From: an uncultured Thermodesulfatator sp.
GTDB lineage: Bacteria > Desulfobacterota > Thermodesulfobacteria > Thermodesulfobacteriales > Thermodesulfobacteriaceae
Assembly: GCA_964464535.1 (NCBI GenBank)
Contig: CAYXGJ010000002.1
Span: 77,989-141,988 of the forward strand
Direction of reading: 5' to 3'
DNA: 64,000 bases
Both the position numbers and the translations under genes were made by a program. Below the pieces are notes generated by a model. The model was not told where the DNA came from. It saw nothing but the letters and a program-made list of their open reading frames with translations, and ran no database searches. Positions 8,574 through 18,621 of the stretch are shown here, piece by piece. The stretch's first letter is position 1; each line of letters opens with the position of its first letter.

Positions 8574-11108
8574 TTAATATTCTATAGATTTTATATCTTT
8601 ATTAATTGGGTTAATAATTTTAAAATTTAAAATGTTTCTTTTTTGTAAATAATAGGGAAGTTTCCAGTTTTGTGTGATTAAATCTTTTTGAATAAATATA
8701 ATAAATTGATTAGATTTAAAAGTTTCTAAAAGTTTTTTGATTTTTTCTGATAAGTCTTCTAATCTGAAAACTTGAGCCTCATAAAAATTTTCAAAATTAA
8801 ATTTTTGTAGATTTTCTGAAGCTACAAATAATGAAAATAAATAATCTTTATAAGGAGGGTTTAAAAAGTCTATTTCGGGTAATTTTGAAAGATCCTTTTG
8901 CGAAAGCCCTTTTAATCCATTATTTAAAATTTTTAAAAATAACTCAGGATCAACCCCGATAGTTAATACTTTTATTTTATTCATTTTTGCCCATTCTATT
9001 ACCTCTAAAAGTGCTTTCACATGGATATAATCTATATTTTTTAAACTTTCTTTTAGTTGAAATTCTGAAAGCTTATTTTCAAAATAATCCTCTAAAAGCC
9101 TTTGAAAGAAAGGTGGTAAATCTAAGGCTAAAATAATGTTTCTATTAAAATTATAAAGACTTTGCAAAAGATTTTTTAAATAATCCTTACAAAAAGGAAT
9201 TTCCTTTTCTATGCCTGCTAAAATTATTTGAGAATTGATGTATTTTAAAGCTTCTTCTCTAAATGAAAAATTACTTTTTATGCAGGTTTCTTCTGAAAAT
9301 AAGGGAATAAATATAGGTATCCCTTCAAAGGTTTTGTCTTCCCTTTTTAAAATAACTTTTCCAGATCGGATAAATATTTCTGAATAGGGATTCAGAGAAA
9401 CTAAATTTTTTAATGCCTCATCTAATTCATTTTGAGAAGAAACGTGTAGATAACCTATTATATATTCAGAATTATAAGGATTAGGAATAACTTTTAGATA
9501 AAAACCTTCAGAAGGTGGGTTAAACTGCCAAGTAAGGGGAGAAATATTTAAATAAATCAAATTCTCAAAAATTTTAGAAATTTCTGAAAACTCAATAAAG
9601 GAAAAAGATATTTTATAACCTAAATTTCTAAAATAATCAATAAACTTTTTATAAGTTGGAAGATCATCCTTTTTGAGAATAATTGTTCCTTGAGAATAAA
9701 AAAGCTTAGCTATACAATTGGGTATTTCCTCAAAATCTAAATTTCTCCAAAGTTTATATTCAGGATCTATAAATATTACTTCTGGTTTTCCGTTAACAGA
9801 AATTTGAAAATCTTGGGTTTCCTTTTCTAAATTTAAAACTACAAATTTACTCCCCTTTTCAGTTTCTATCTCAAGAGAGATAGGTATAGATTTGACCAAA
9901 TTTTTTGAGGCTAAATTTGTATAAAGGGTTAAATCTAACAAATAAAAATCTTTTTCTTGTATAATAGATTTAACTTCCCCCCTTAAATTTAGTTTTTGGA
10001 ATTCCTCATAAGAAATTATAAAGTTTTTAAATTCTGGATAACTTTGTTGAATTAAAATTAAAAAATCATTTAAACTTCTAAAGTTAAAAATACTCTTTTC
10101 ATAAAATTTTTTGAAAAAGTTTATAAAATTTTTCTCCCCAATTCTTTCAGCTAAAAATAAAAAATAAAAAAAAGCTTTAGATTCTTTTTTGGGGAATAAA
10201 ATCTGTAACTTTCTAAAATCTTTTTTATTTTCAGCAAGTTGATAATCTATTAAATAGGTGATTAAACCTTCTTTTATTTCTTCTTCTAAAAGTATTTCAT
10301 CTTCAAGTTTTTTCTTAGTTAAACAATGTAAAAATTGTTTCGTATCTTTCAAAGATGAATAACTAATAAATAAAACATTTGAAAAACTTTTAACCTTAGG
10401 AAAATCTTCAGGGACCAAAATAAGGTGAAATATTTTAAAAGGATGTAAGAAAATTCCTATATTTTCTAAATGATAGGCAAAGGTCTTAAAATTTTCAAAA
10501 ATTTTTTTTAGATCTTTTTCAGATAAAGTATAAAGCTGTGGAGAATAATAAAAATAAAAAGAAAAGTTTTTATAGGAAAATTTCATTTTTTCTAATTTAA
10601 AGGGACTTATAATTATGCAAGGATTTAAAAGAGGATTTTGAGTTTTAAAGGTATAAAGCAAAAAGTTTTTATCTCTTTCTATTTTTGATTCTTCTGAAGG
10701 AATTAAGATCTCCATATTTTCAAAAGTATCTGGAATTTTGAGGTTAATTTGATAAGTAAAGGGTTTACCAGGATAAGGAAAAGGAGGATGAACAATTGTT
10801 ATAGGTAAAAGATAGGGATTAAGATTTTTTTCAAAGGATATATATAAAGAACTTTCTTCTTTAGTAAAAATTTTTAAAAATTCTTCTTGCTCAAACAAAA
10901 GAACTTCAGAAGAGGTTTGAACTTCATTTATAGTAAGATCAGAAGTTATAAATTTATATTCTCCATTTAAATTGTCTGTAAAAAGAGAGCCCTTAAGAAG
11001 ATTTAACTCTGGATAAAGTTCTAAGTCTATTTTAAGAAGAGGAGTTCCTAAGGAAAGATTTGGTAAAAAAAGAATCCAAAAAAATAAAATATAAGTAAAA
11101 AGCCTCAT
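8574..11108 (-). CDS. Exported 844-aa protein: degenerate M1-aminopeptidase-like region fused to a degenerate ChaN-like domain
   Basis: N-terminal signal-like segment; KEGLITYLIDY (M1 'EGLTTY'-like); PEVIFIDPEYKLWRNL linker; C-terminal WAKMNKIKVLTIGV...GLKGLS...FENFYEAQV resembling ChaN. Canonical HExxH and GExH are not present. Confidence 0.55.
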   Translation of the reverse strand: MRLFTYILFFWILFLPNLSLGTPLLKIDLELYPELNLLKGSLFTDNLNGEYKFITSDLTINEVQTSSEVLLFEQEEFLKIFTKEESSLYISFEKNLNPYLLPITIVHPPFPYPGKPFTYQINLKIPDTFENMEILIPSEESKIERDKNFLLYTFKTQNPLLNPCIIISPFKLEKMKFSYKNFSFYFYYSPQLYTLSEKDLKKIFENFKTFAYHLENIGIFLHPFKIFHLILVPEDFPKVKSFSNVLFISYSSLKDTKQFLHCLTKKKLEDEILLEEEIKEGLITYLIDYQLAENKKDFRKLQILFPKKESKAFFYFLFLAERIGEKNFINFFKKFYEKSIFNFRSLNDFLILIQQSYPEFKNFIISYEEFQKLNLRGEVKSIIQEKDFYLLDLTLYTNLASKNLVKSIPISLEIETEKGSKFVVLNLEKETQDFQISVNGKPEVIFIDPEYKLWRNLDFEEIPNCIAKLFYSQGTIILKKDDLPTYKKFIDYFRNLGYKISFSFIEFSEISKIFENLIYLNISPLTWQFNPPSEGFYLKVIPNPYNSEYIIGYLHVSSQNELDEALKNLVSLNPYSEIFIRSGKVILKREDKTFEGIPIFIPLFSEETCIKSNFSFREEALKYINSQIILAGIEKEIPFCKDYLKNLLQSLYNFNRNIILALDLPPFFQRLLEDYFENKLSEFQLKESLKNIDYIHVKALLEVIEWAKMNKIKVLTIGVDPELFLKILNNGLKGLSQKDLSKLPEIDFLNPPYKDYLFSLFVASENLQKFNFENFYEAQVFRLEDLSEKIKKLLETFKSNQFIIFIQKDLITQNWKLPYYLQKRNILNFKIINPINKDIKSIEY

Positions 11109-11140
11109 AGGAGATAAAACTTTTTTGAAAAATAATTTTT

Positions 11141-11169
11141 TTGAAATATAATAACAGAGTTACTATACT
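11141..11169 (+). promoter_or_regulatory. Sigma70-type promoter of purQ-tatC
   Basis: TTGAAA 11141-11146, 17 nt, TATACT 11164-11169. Confidence 0.55.
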
Positions 11170-11195
11170 AAGAAAATCTAATTTTGTAAAGAAAT

Positions 11196-12008
11196 ATGAA
11201 AAAAGTTAAAGTTCTTGTTTTTTGGGGGTATGGAATAAACTGTGAAGTAGAAACTGCTTATGCTTTTAAAATATCTGGAGCAGAACCTGAGATAGTTCAT
11301 TTATCTGAAATTTTTTTTGGAGAAAAAAGAATTCTTGATTATCATATCCTTTGTTTTCCTGGTGGTTTTTTAGATGGAGATCATTTAGGTAGTGCCCAAG
11401 CTTGTGCGCATCGTTTTAAATTTCTTAAAATAAGAGGAAAGATACCTCTTTGGGAGGAATTATTGAAATTTTTGGACCGGGGTGGGCTTATATTAGGAAT
11501 ATGTAATGGATTTCAACTTTTAGTAAAAATGGGCTTGCTTCCTGGTGGAAAATATTTAGGACAGAGGAAAGCAACCCTTACTTATAATATTTCTGGTAAA
11601 TTTGAAGACAGATGGGTTTATTTAAAAGTAAATCCTAATACCCCTTGTGTGTTTTTAAAAGGGCTTAAAGAACTTTATCTTCCTGTCAGACATGGAGAGG
11701 GTAATTTTATAGCTGAAAATAAAGAAGTTTTGGAGGAACTAAAAAAAAATAACCAAATTGCCCTTCAATATATAGATCCTGAAACCAAAGAACCTACTTT
11801 AAAATATCCCTTTAACCCTAATGGTTCTCAAGAAGCAATAGCAGGTATATGTGATGTTTCAGGAAGAATATTTGGACTTATGCCTCATCCAGAAGCTTTT
11901 AATCATTGGACTAATCATCCCCATTGGACTAGAGAAAAAAATAAAGTAGCACAAGGACTTTATATTTTTAAAAATGCTGTAGAATGGGTAAAAACTAATA
12001 TTCTTTGA
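11196..12008 (+). CDS. purQ: Phosphoribosylformylglycinamidine synthase glutaminase subunit
   Basis: PGGFLDGD, GICNGFQ, PVRHGEG, YPFNPNGS, GLMPHPE. Confidence 0.93.
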   Translation: MKKVKVLVFWGYGINCEVETAYAFKISGAEPEIVHLSEIFFGEKRILDYHILCFPGGFLDGDHLGSAQACAHRFKFLKIRGKIPLWEELLKFLDRGGLILGICNGFQLLVKMGLLPGGKYLGQRKATLTYNISGKFEDRWVYLKVNPNTPCVFLKGLKELYLPVRHGEGNFIAENKEVLEELKKNNQIALQYIDPETKEPTLKYPFNPNGSQEAIAGICDVSGRIFGLMPHPEAFNHWTNHPHWTREKNKVAQGLYIFKNAVEWVKTNIL

Positions 12009-12775
12009 TGAGTTCTAAAAAAATAGCTCAATTTTTAAAGAAATTTTTAAAATTATGGAAACAAAAGGGTGCTTTAATAATATTTTTATTAATTACTATT
12101 TATTTAACTTTTTTCTGGCTATCTCCTTATATTTTAAAATATTTTCAAATCAACTATAATCAAAAGTTTATTTTTTATAGTGTTTCAGAACCCTTAGTGT
12201 CACTTTTAAAATTTTCTCTAGTTTTGACCTTTATCCTTTTATTTCCTTTCCTTTGGTATTTTTTAATTTCTTTTTTCAATTTCCTTTATTCCTTCAAAAA
12301 GAGTCATTTTTGGTTGTTTTATATATTAGGAATTTTTCTATTTTATTTAGGAATAGTTTTTTGCTACAAAGTTACCCTTCCTTTTGGGATAAAATTTCTT
12401 ATTTCCTTTAAAACAGAAAAGATTGAGCCAGCTATTTCTCTTGGTCACTTTGTTAATTTTTTTAGTTTTTTTGTTCTTGCTTTTGGACTAATTTTTGAAT
12501 TACCCTTATTTATCTGTTTTTTATCTATGGGGAAAATCATTAATCCTTTAAAACTTGGGAGCTATAGAAAAGAGATTTTTTTTATGATAGTGATAATTGC
12601 AGCCTTAGTTACACCTACCCCAGATGCCTTTAATATGTCTCTTCTTGCGATCCCCTTATATATATTATTTGAACTTGGTTTATTTTTAAGTAAGCTTATT
12701 CAAAAATCAGAAGCTATTTCAAAGGTTTCTAATACTCCTTTGGAGGATACCCAGAAAGAGCCTCAGAAAGATTAG
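12005..12775 (+). CDS. tatC: Twin-arginine translocase subunit TatC
   Basis: Multi-TM; FGLIFELP, AALVTPTPDAFNMSLLAIPLYILFELG. Confidence 0.9.
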   Translation: MMSSKKIAQFLKKFLKLWKQKGALIIFLLITIYLTFFWLSPYILKYFQINYNQKFIFYSVSEPLVSLLKFSLVLTFILLFPFLWYFLISFFNFLYSFKKSHFWLFYILGIFLFYLGIVFCYKVTLPFGIKFLISFKTEKIEPAISLGHFVNFFSFFVLAFGLIFELPLFICFLSMGKIINPLKLGSYRKEIFFMIVIIAALVTPTPDAFNMSLLAIPLYILFELGLFLSKLIQKSEAISKVSNTPLEDTQKEPQKD

Positions 12776-13289
12776 CAGCTTTATCTGGAGGCATAGCACT
12801 TAAAATACTTGCTATTTGTTGACTTTTCAATTGACTTAATATTTTTACAGCCATATCCTTATCCATATTTATTAAAACTTCAGCAGCCTTTCCTGCTCTC
12901 ATCTCAGATATAGCTCTTGCTAAAAGTTTAGTTCTTTCATCTTGTATAGCCTCAATTTTACTAAGTTTTTGATCTATGGTAGTTTCTAAATCTTTCAAAG
13001 CTGCCATTTGTTCACGAATTCTTTTTTCTATTAATTCTAATTCTTTTTCTCTTAATTCTATTTCTTTAGCTTTCTCAAAGAGTTTCGCTCTTTCTAAATC
13101 AAGGACTTCAAAAAATTCAGGAGGGCATCCTGTAAGAGCAAATTCTTCTTTTGCAGAAACTCTATTTACTTCTGAAAAGATTAATACTGTTACTAATATA
13201 AATTTAGTTACTCCTAAAAATATCAAAAACCAAAAAAGATTTTTAATTCTCACTTTAAAATTTATTTTAAATTTAAAAAGCCTATACAT
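12729..13289 (-). CDS. Flagella-associated MotE/FlbB-like protein (TM, coiled coil, MgtE_N-like domain)
   Basis: N-terminal TM, charged coiled coil, MRAGKAAEVL...ASILSAMPPDKAANLS; directly after fliJ. Confidence 0.7.
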   Translation of the reverse strand: MYRLFKFKINFKVRIKNLFWFLIFLGVTKFILVTVLIFSEVNRVSAKEEFALTGCPPEFFEVLDLERAKLFEKAKEIELREKELELIEKRIREQMAALKDLETTIDQKLSKIEAIQDERTKLLARAISEMRAGKAAEVLINMDKDMAVKILSQLKSQQIASILSAMPPDKAANLSEALSGYPPKEY

Positions 13290-13722
13290 AGTCTCTTCCT
13301 CTTCTTAAAAGAACTAAATCATCCATCTCTTTATAAAATCTTTTAATGTTTTCCAAATCCCATATTTGTTTGACCTTATTTTTTGAGATTTCCATTAATT
13401 TTCGCTCTTTATAGGCTTTTTCTAAAAGCTTAAGAAGAGTTTTTAATTCTTCATTTTGCATATCAATTTTTTTATTTAATAAAATTTCAAATTCTTTGTT
13501 TTTTTCTATCTGAAATAACCTATATTTGAATTCTTCAGCACTAAAAATACATCCTTTTTCTAAGGAATCGTAATAACTCTTTCTAAGAGAAATAATTGTT
13601 TCTTTTTCTTGTAATAATTTTTCAAGGTTTATTCTACAGTTTATAACTCTTATTTTAGTTTGTTCTTCTTGAAGGCTTTTATACCAAGTCAAGAGTTTTA
13701 AAATCTCTAATTTTTTTCTCAT
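13282..13722 (-). CDS. fliJ: Flagellar export protein FliJ
   Basis: 146-aa coiled coil right after fliI; KERKLME and EMDDL near the C-terminus. Confidence 0.75.
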   Translation of the reverse strand: MRKKLEILKLLTWYKSLQEEQTKIRVINCRINLEKLLQEKETIISLRKSYYDSLEKGCIFSAEEFKYRLFQIEKNKEFEILLNKKIDMQNEELKTLLKLLEKAYKERKLMEISKNKVKQIWDLENIKRFYKEMDDLVLLRRGRDYV

Positions 13723-15035
13723 AATTTTTTATTAAAAATTTCTCTTAATAAGTTTACCGAATCTTCTAAAGAGTATTTTTCTTCCACAGGTTGTTTTAGA
13801 AAATTTTTTAGCTCTCCTATTAAAGAAAGAGCTCTATCTATTTCAGGATTAGAACCTTTTACATAAGCCCCTATATTTATAAGATCTTCAGCCTTTTTAT
13901 AAGTAGCTAAAATAGCAATAGTTTGATAGGCTAAATCTAAATGTTCACTTGGCACAATATCTCTCATTACTCTACTTATACTTGTAAGGATATCAATAGG
14001 AGGATAATGTCCTTCATGAGCCAGATCTCTTGAAAGTACAATATGTCCATCCACTATGCTTCTCACTGAATCAGCTATAGGGTCATTAAGATCATCACCC
14101 TCTACCAAAACATTATATATTCCGGTAATATCACCTGCCCCGATTTTTGGACCAGCCCTTTCTAAAAGTTTAGGAAGTATTGCAAATACAGAGGGGGTAT
14201 ACCCACGAGCTGTAGGAGGTTCTCCAGAGGCAAGACCTATTTCTCTTCCTGCCATACAAAACCTGGTTAAAGAATCCATAAGAAGAAGCACTTTATATCC
14301 TTTGTCTCTAAAATATTCAGCAAGAGAAGTAGCATAATAGGCAGCTCTTATTCTTATAGATGGTGCTTCGTCGGAGGTTGCTACTACAACCACTGATTTT
14401 TTTAATCCATCCTCTTTTAAATCTCTTTCTATAAATTCTCTTACTTCTCTTCCTCTTTCTCCTATTAAAGCAATAACATTTATATCTGCATTAGTATATC
14501 TTGCTATCATTCCAAGAAGAGTACTTTTACCAATTCCAGAGCCTGCCATTATAGCTACCCTTTGTCCTCTTCCTATAGTTAGAAGTGCATTAATAGCTTT
14601 TATTCCCACATCTAAAATTTCTTTTATCGGAGCTCTTTCCAAAGGCTTTAGAGGTTCTCCGTAAAGAGGATAATAGTCTGAAATTTTAGGCTTTCTCTTA
14701 TTATCTAAGGGTTCTCCTAAAGCGTTTACTATTCTTCCAAGAAAATCTTCTCCTACAGGTGCATAGGAAGAACCTACAGGAAAAACTTTTGCTCCTACTT
14801 CAATTCCTTTTATATCCCCTAAGGCTGTTAGTAAAAGTTTATTATCCTTAAAACCTATTACCTCTGCAATTAAACTTGTATTTTGTCCTTCAATTCTGCA
14901 AAGATCCCCAACCTTTAAAAAGGGGCCGCTACTTTCAATGGTTAAACCAATAAGTTTGGTAACGTATCCATAAATTTCAAAAGGAATCATTTGTGAAATT
15001 TCTTTTTTGTATTCTTCTAAACTTTTAACCTTCAT
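13719..15035 (-). CDS. fliI: Flagellar export ATPase FliI
   Basis: Walker A AGSGIGKST, IGERGREV, LMDSLTRF, DPIADSVRSIVDGH. Confidence 0.96.
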   Translation of the reverse strand: MKVKSLEEYKKEISQMIPFEIYGYVTKLIGLTIESSGPFLKVGDLCRIEGQNTSLIAEVIGFKDNKLLLTALGDIKGIEVGAKVFPVGSSYAPVGEDFLGRIVNALGEPLDNKRKPKISDYYPLYGEPLKPLERAPIKEILDVGIKAINALLTIGRGQRVAIMAGSGIGKSTLLGMIARYTNADINVIALIGERGREVREFIERDLKEDGLKKSVVVVATSDEAPSIRIRAAYYATSLAEYFRDKGYKVLLLMDSLTRFCMAGREIGLASGEPPTARGYTPSVFAILPKLLERAGPKIGAGDITGIYNVLVEGDDLNDPIADSVRSIVDGHIVLSRDLAHEGHYPPIDILTSISRVMRDIVPSEHLDLAYQTIAILATYKKAEDLINIGAYVKGSNPEIDRALSLIGELKNFLKQPVEEKYSLEDSVNLLREIFNKKL

Positions 15036-15729
15036 CTTTTAAAAGGCTATCTAGAAGTTTTTTCCATCTTTTTTCAAAGGTTGCATCAATGACCCCTAAG
15101 GAGGTTTCAATAAATACTCCCCCCTTAGAAATGGATTCATCAGGAATTAATTTAATTTTTTGAGAAGGAGGTATATACTTTGATAGATTTTCTTCTAAAA
15201 ATTTATATTCTTCAGGATTTACTTTAATATTTAATTCTGTTCCCTCAGCAATATAATTTAAAGCTTCTTTTATTATTCTTAGTGGAATTTCAGGGTCTGC
15301 CTTGATTTCTTTTAAGGTTAATTTATTTGCTATATCTAAAGCTAAGTTTAAGATTTCTTTATCCATATTTATAATTGATTCTTGAATTTCCTTTTCTGTA
15401 TTTTTAAAAAAGGTTTCTATTATTTTAATTTTTTCTTGAAATTCTGTTTCTAATTTTGTTGCCAAGTTTTTATATTTTTCTTCTGCCTCCTTTTCCCCCT
15501 TTTCAAAACCTTCTTTATGTCCTTTTTTATATCCCTCAAGATAACCCCTGTTAAAGCCTTCTTTATAACCTTTTTCAAACCCCTCTTCTTTAATTTTATT
15601 TTTTTCTTTAGGATTAACTTTTAAGTTTACTTCAAAGATAGATTGGAAGGTTTCATTTTCTGTAGGTATTAAATCAGGTTTAATAATAGAAACTTCAGGC
15701 TTTTTTTTGGTTTTTAAAATTTTAGACAA
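15025..15729 (-). CDS. fliH: Flagellar assembly protein FliH
   Basis: GxxxG repeats (EGFEKGYKEGFNRGYLEGYKKGHKEGFEKG), DESISKGGVFIETSLGVIDA; between fliG and fliI. Confidence 0.92.
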   Translation of the reverse strand: MSKILKTKKKPEVSIIKPDLIPTENETFQSIFEVNLKVNPKEKNKIKEEGFEKGYKEGFNRGYLEGYKKGHKEGFEKGEKEAEEKYKNLATKLETEFQEKIKIIETFFKNTEKEIQESIINMDKEILNLALDIANKLTLKEIKADPEIPLRIIKEALNYIAEGTELNIKVNPEEYKFLEENLSKYIPPSQKIKLIPDESISKGGVFIETSLGVIDATFEKRWKKLLDSLLKDEG

Positions 15730-16732
15730 ATTCTTCTTCTCCTCTAGTGAGAACTATTTTCCCTTCTTGTTCTAATTTTTTAGCAGTTTTTATAATATTT
15801 TGCTGAGCTTTTTCAACTTCTGTAATTCTAACTGGGGGCATTAATTCCAATTCTTCTTTAAGTAAGTCAGCAGCACGTTTACTCATATTTCTGAAGAATT
15901 TTTCCTTTACTTCAGGGGAGGCACCTTTTAGAGCTAATTTCAAATCATCGGTTGAGATTTCTCTAAGAAGATTCTGTATTGCAAAATCATCAACCTTAAG
16001 AAAGTCTTCAAAAGTGAAGAGATGTTTTCTTATTTCTTCAGCTAAAGCAGGATTTTCGTCCTCAATTTCAGTTAAAAGTTCATCTTCCAAAGTTCTTCCT
16101 GCATGTGCTAAAATTTCTGCAGCTTTTTCAGGTCCTCCAATTTTTCTACCTAAGGCTCCTCCTACACTTTGCAATTCAGCTTCTAAGGAATCGCTTATTT
16201 CTTTTACAATTTCAGGGTCAACCTTATCTAATAAAGCAATTCTCAACAGAACTTCTCCTCTTATTCTTTCCGGAAGAAGTTGTAAAACCTGTCCAGATAA
16301 ATAGGGATCAAGGTGAACTAAAATAATAGCTATGGTTTGAGGATGCTCATTAGCAAGGAAACTTGCAATAGTTTTAGGATCAAGTTTTCTCAATTTTTTA
16401 AAAATTTCAGGCCCGATTTCTTTTTTAATTTCTTCATAGAGTTCTTTACCTTTTTCTCCATAAGCTTTTAATAAACTTTGTTTCAAAAAATCTTCTGGAG
16501 AGACATTAATATTTCCTAAAATCTCTTTTACTTCCATATTAGCTTCCTCTAAAATTTTTCTGACTGCTTCAGCAGGTATATATTCAATCTTAGCCATTTC
16601 AATTCCTATTCTTTTAATATCTTCTTCATCTAAATACTTGTATACCTCAGAAGTAAATTCTTCACCCATTAACATAAGGAAAATAGCTGCTTTTTGTGGT
16701 CCGGTTAATTTATTGGGGTCTATTTTAGCCAT
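15722..16732 (-). CDS. fliG: Flagellar motor switch protein FliG
   Basis: GPQKAAIFL, EHPQTIA, GG linker, LFTFED, ALKGA, NMSKRAA. Confidence 0.97.
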   Translation of the reverse strand: MAKIDPNKLTGPQKAAIFLMLMGEEFTSEVYKYLDEEDIKRIGIEMAKIEYIPAEAVRKILEEANMEVKEILGNINVSPEDFLKQSLLKAYGEKGKELYEEIKKEIGPEIFKKLRKLDPKTIASFLANEHPQTIAIILVHLDPYLSGQVLQLLPERIRGEVLLRIALLDKVDPEIVKEISDSLEAELQSVGGALGRKIGGPEKAAEILAHAGRTLEDELLTEIEDENPALAEEIRKHLFTFEDFLKVDDFAIQNLLREISTDDLKLALKGASPEVKEKFFRNMSKRAADLLKEELELMPPVRITEVEKAQQNIIKTAKKLEQEGKIVLTRGEEEFV

Positions 16733-16734
16733 TT

Positions 16735-18279
16735 TTAATATCCAGCCTCAGATAGAGCTTTTTTCCTTTCTTCTAATGTTTCTTCTAAAAGCCACTTTTT
16801 AATAAGCATAGCAGCTCTTTCTGGCTGACTCTTTATAATTCCCAAGGCAATTTCTTGAGGTAAGGGACCTAGTTCTTCTTCCTCAGGAGGAGTGGGTATA
16901 CCAGGGCGGGTAGGTGGTGCTTCTACAGGAATAGGCTTTGGTGTAAGGGCTTTAATAAGGGGTCTTATAACAAAAAGAAAGATAAGAATTAAAGCACCAA
17001 TTAATAAAAGAGGTTTATAAAATTGGGATACATAATCCATTATACCAGGTTTTGGCATAGGAATTTTTACAAATTCTTCAGCTTGTATTTTTACCTCATC
17101 TCCTCTATCAGGATTGTATCCTATAGCACCTTTTACCAATTCTTCAATCCAAGTAAGCTTAGCAGTAGAATTTTCTCCCAAAGCATTTTTGTCTACCAAA
17201 ACTGCTACACTTATTTTTTTAATACTTCCAGGAGAAATTTCAAGGTTTCTAAGTTTCTTACTAACTTCATAATTTTTGAGACTTCTTTTTTTAAAATAGG
17301 TTTCTCCTTGAATTTGAGGAGAAGTTGCTTCCATTTTTTTAAGAAGAGTTCCTTTTACACCAGCTTCTCCACCCTCATCAGGGATTTTGCTTGTTTTTTG
17401 TTCTTCTTCTGTTTCTTCAGAGACAACCGCTGTTCCTTCAGGGTCATAGATTTCTTCTGTAATACTTTCTTTATCAAAGGAAAGATCCACCCACACTTGA
17501 GCTATGGCTTTTCCATAACCTAAAGCTCCTGAAAGTATTTCTTCTATTTTGTCTCTTAATTGCTTTTCTACTTTTTCTTTATAGGCAAATTTGGTAACTG
17601 GTACCTCTTCTTCCTCTAAAGGGGTATAGAGGCTTTTCCCAGTATTGGCATCTACAACAGTTACATTTTTAGGATCAAGTTTTGGGACAGCTCCACTTAC
17701 TAAATTAACAATACCCTTTATTTGAGAAGGAGTTAATTGATAACCTGGGGTTAGCTCTATTAATACTGAAGCTTTAGGAGGTTTTTCTTCCTCTATAAAC
17801 ACAGTTTCTTTAGGTAAAGCAAGATGAACTCTTGCAGATTTTATTCCTCTTATTCCCATAATAGTTCTTGCAAGTTCCCCTTCAAGAGCCCTCTGATAGG
17901 TTATCTTTTCTTGAAACTCTGTAAGCCCCATTTTTTCCTTATCAAAAAGTTCAAATCCAGGACCACCTCCTCCAATAAATCCTTTACTTGCTATTTCCAT
18001 TCTCATTTCAGGAACCTTATCCTTAGGTACATAAATACTTCCGTCCAATTCTACTTTATAAGGAATTTTTTGTTCTTTAAGATACTGCACAATCTGACCG
18101 GTTGTCTGTTCGTCAAGACCTCTATAAAGAAGTCCCCAATTAGCCTTATTATATAACCAGATACTTAATATTAAAAGCAAGGTAATTCCTATAGATCCAC
18201 CAATAAAAAGTCTTCTTTGTTTTCTATCTAGTCTTTTCCAAAAATCTATCAGTTGATAGAGTATTTTTCTTAAATCCAT
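16735..18279 (-). CDS. fliF: Flagellar MS-ring protein FliF
   Basis: Two TMs; GFELFD, YQRALEGELARTI, ARVHLALP, NYEVS, GYNPDRGD. Confidence 0.96.
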   Translation of the reverse strand: MDLRKILYQLIDFWKRLDRKQRRLFIGGSIGITLLLILSIWLYNKANWGLLYRGLDEQTTGQIVQYLKEQKIPYKVELDGSIYVPKDKVPEMRMEIASKGFIGGGGPGFELFDKEKMGLTEFQEKITYQRALEGELARTIMGIRGIKSARVHLALPKETVFIEEEKPPKASVLIELTPGYQLTPSQIKGIVNLVSGAVPKLDPKNVTVVDANTGKSLYTPLEEEEVPVTKFAYKEKVEKQLRDKIEEILSGALGYGKAIAQVWVDLSFDKESITEEIYDPEGTAVVSEETEEEQKTSKIPDEGGEAGVKGTLLKKMEATSPQIQGETYFKKRSLKNYEVSKKLRNLEISPGSIKKISVAVLVDKNALGENSTAKLTWIEELVKGAIGYNPDRGDEVKIQAEEFVKIPMPKPGIMDYVSQFYKPLLLIGALILIFLFVIRPLIKALTPKPIPVEAPPTRPGIPTPPEEEELGPLPQEIALGIIKSQPERAAMLIKKWLLEETLEERKKALSEAGY

Positions 18280-18312
18280 ATAATTCTCCTATTAAAATTA
18301 CTTTTAAAATTT

Positions 18313-18606
18313 TTAGATTTGCATCCTCATAATTTCTTGATAAGCTTCTAAAATTTTATTTCTTATTCTCAAAAGAAGTTTAAAATTCAAATCAGCCTTA
18401 GATATAGCAAGTGCAACTTCTGAAAAATCTATATCTTCACCTTTAGCTAAAGCTTCTAACATTTTTTGAGCTTCCTTTTGAGAATTGTCTACCTCTTTTA
18501 TTTTTTCAAGAAAAAAATTTTTAAAATCTAACTTATTTTCCAGAGGTTTATTTTGAGGTTGTTGTAAATTTTTAATTTGAACATTTGTATTAAAATTAAT
18601 TTTCAT
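18313..18606 (-). CDS. fliE: Flagellar hook-basal body protein FliE
   Basis: IRNKILEAYQEIMRMQI C-terminus. Confidence 0.95.
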   Translation of the reverse strand: MKINFNTNVQIKNLQQPQNKPLENKLDFKNFFLEKIKEVDNSQKEAQKMLEALAKGEDIDFSEVALAISKADLNFKLLLRIRNKILEAYQEIMRMQI

Positions 18607-18621
18607 TTTAAGCCTCCATTT

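Noticed and set aside
15500-15600. Repetitive GxxxG coding tract
   Set aside because: Normal FliH glycine-repeat stalk, not a novel repeat.
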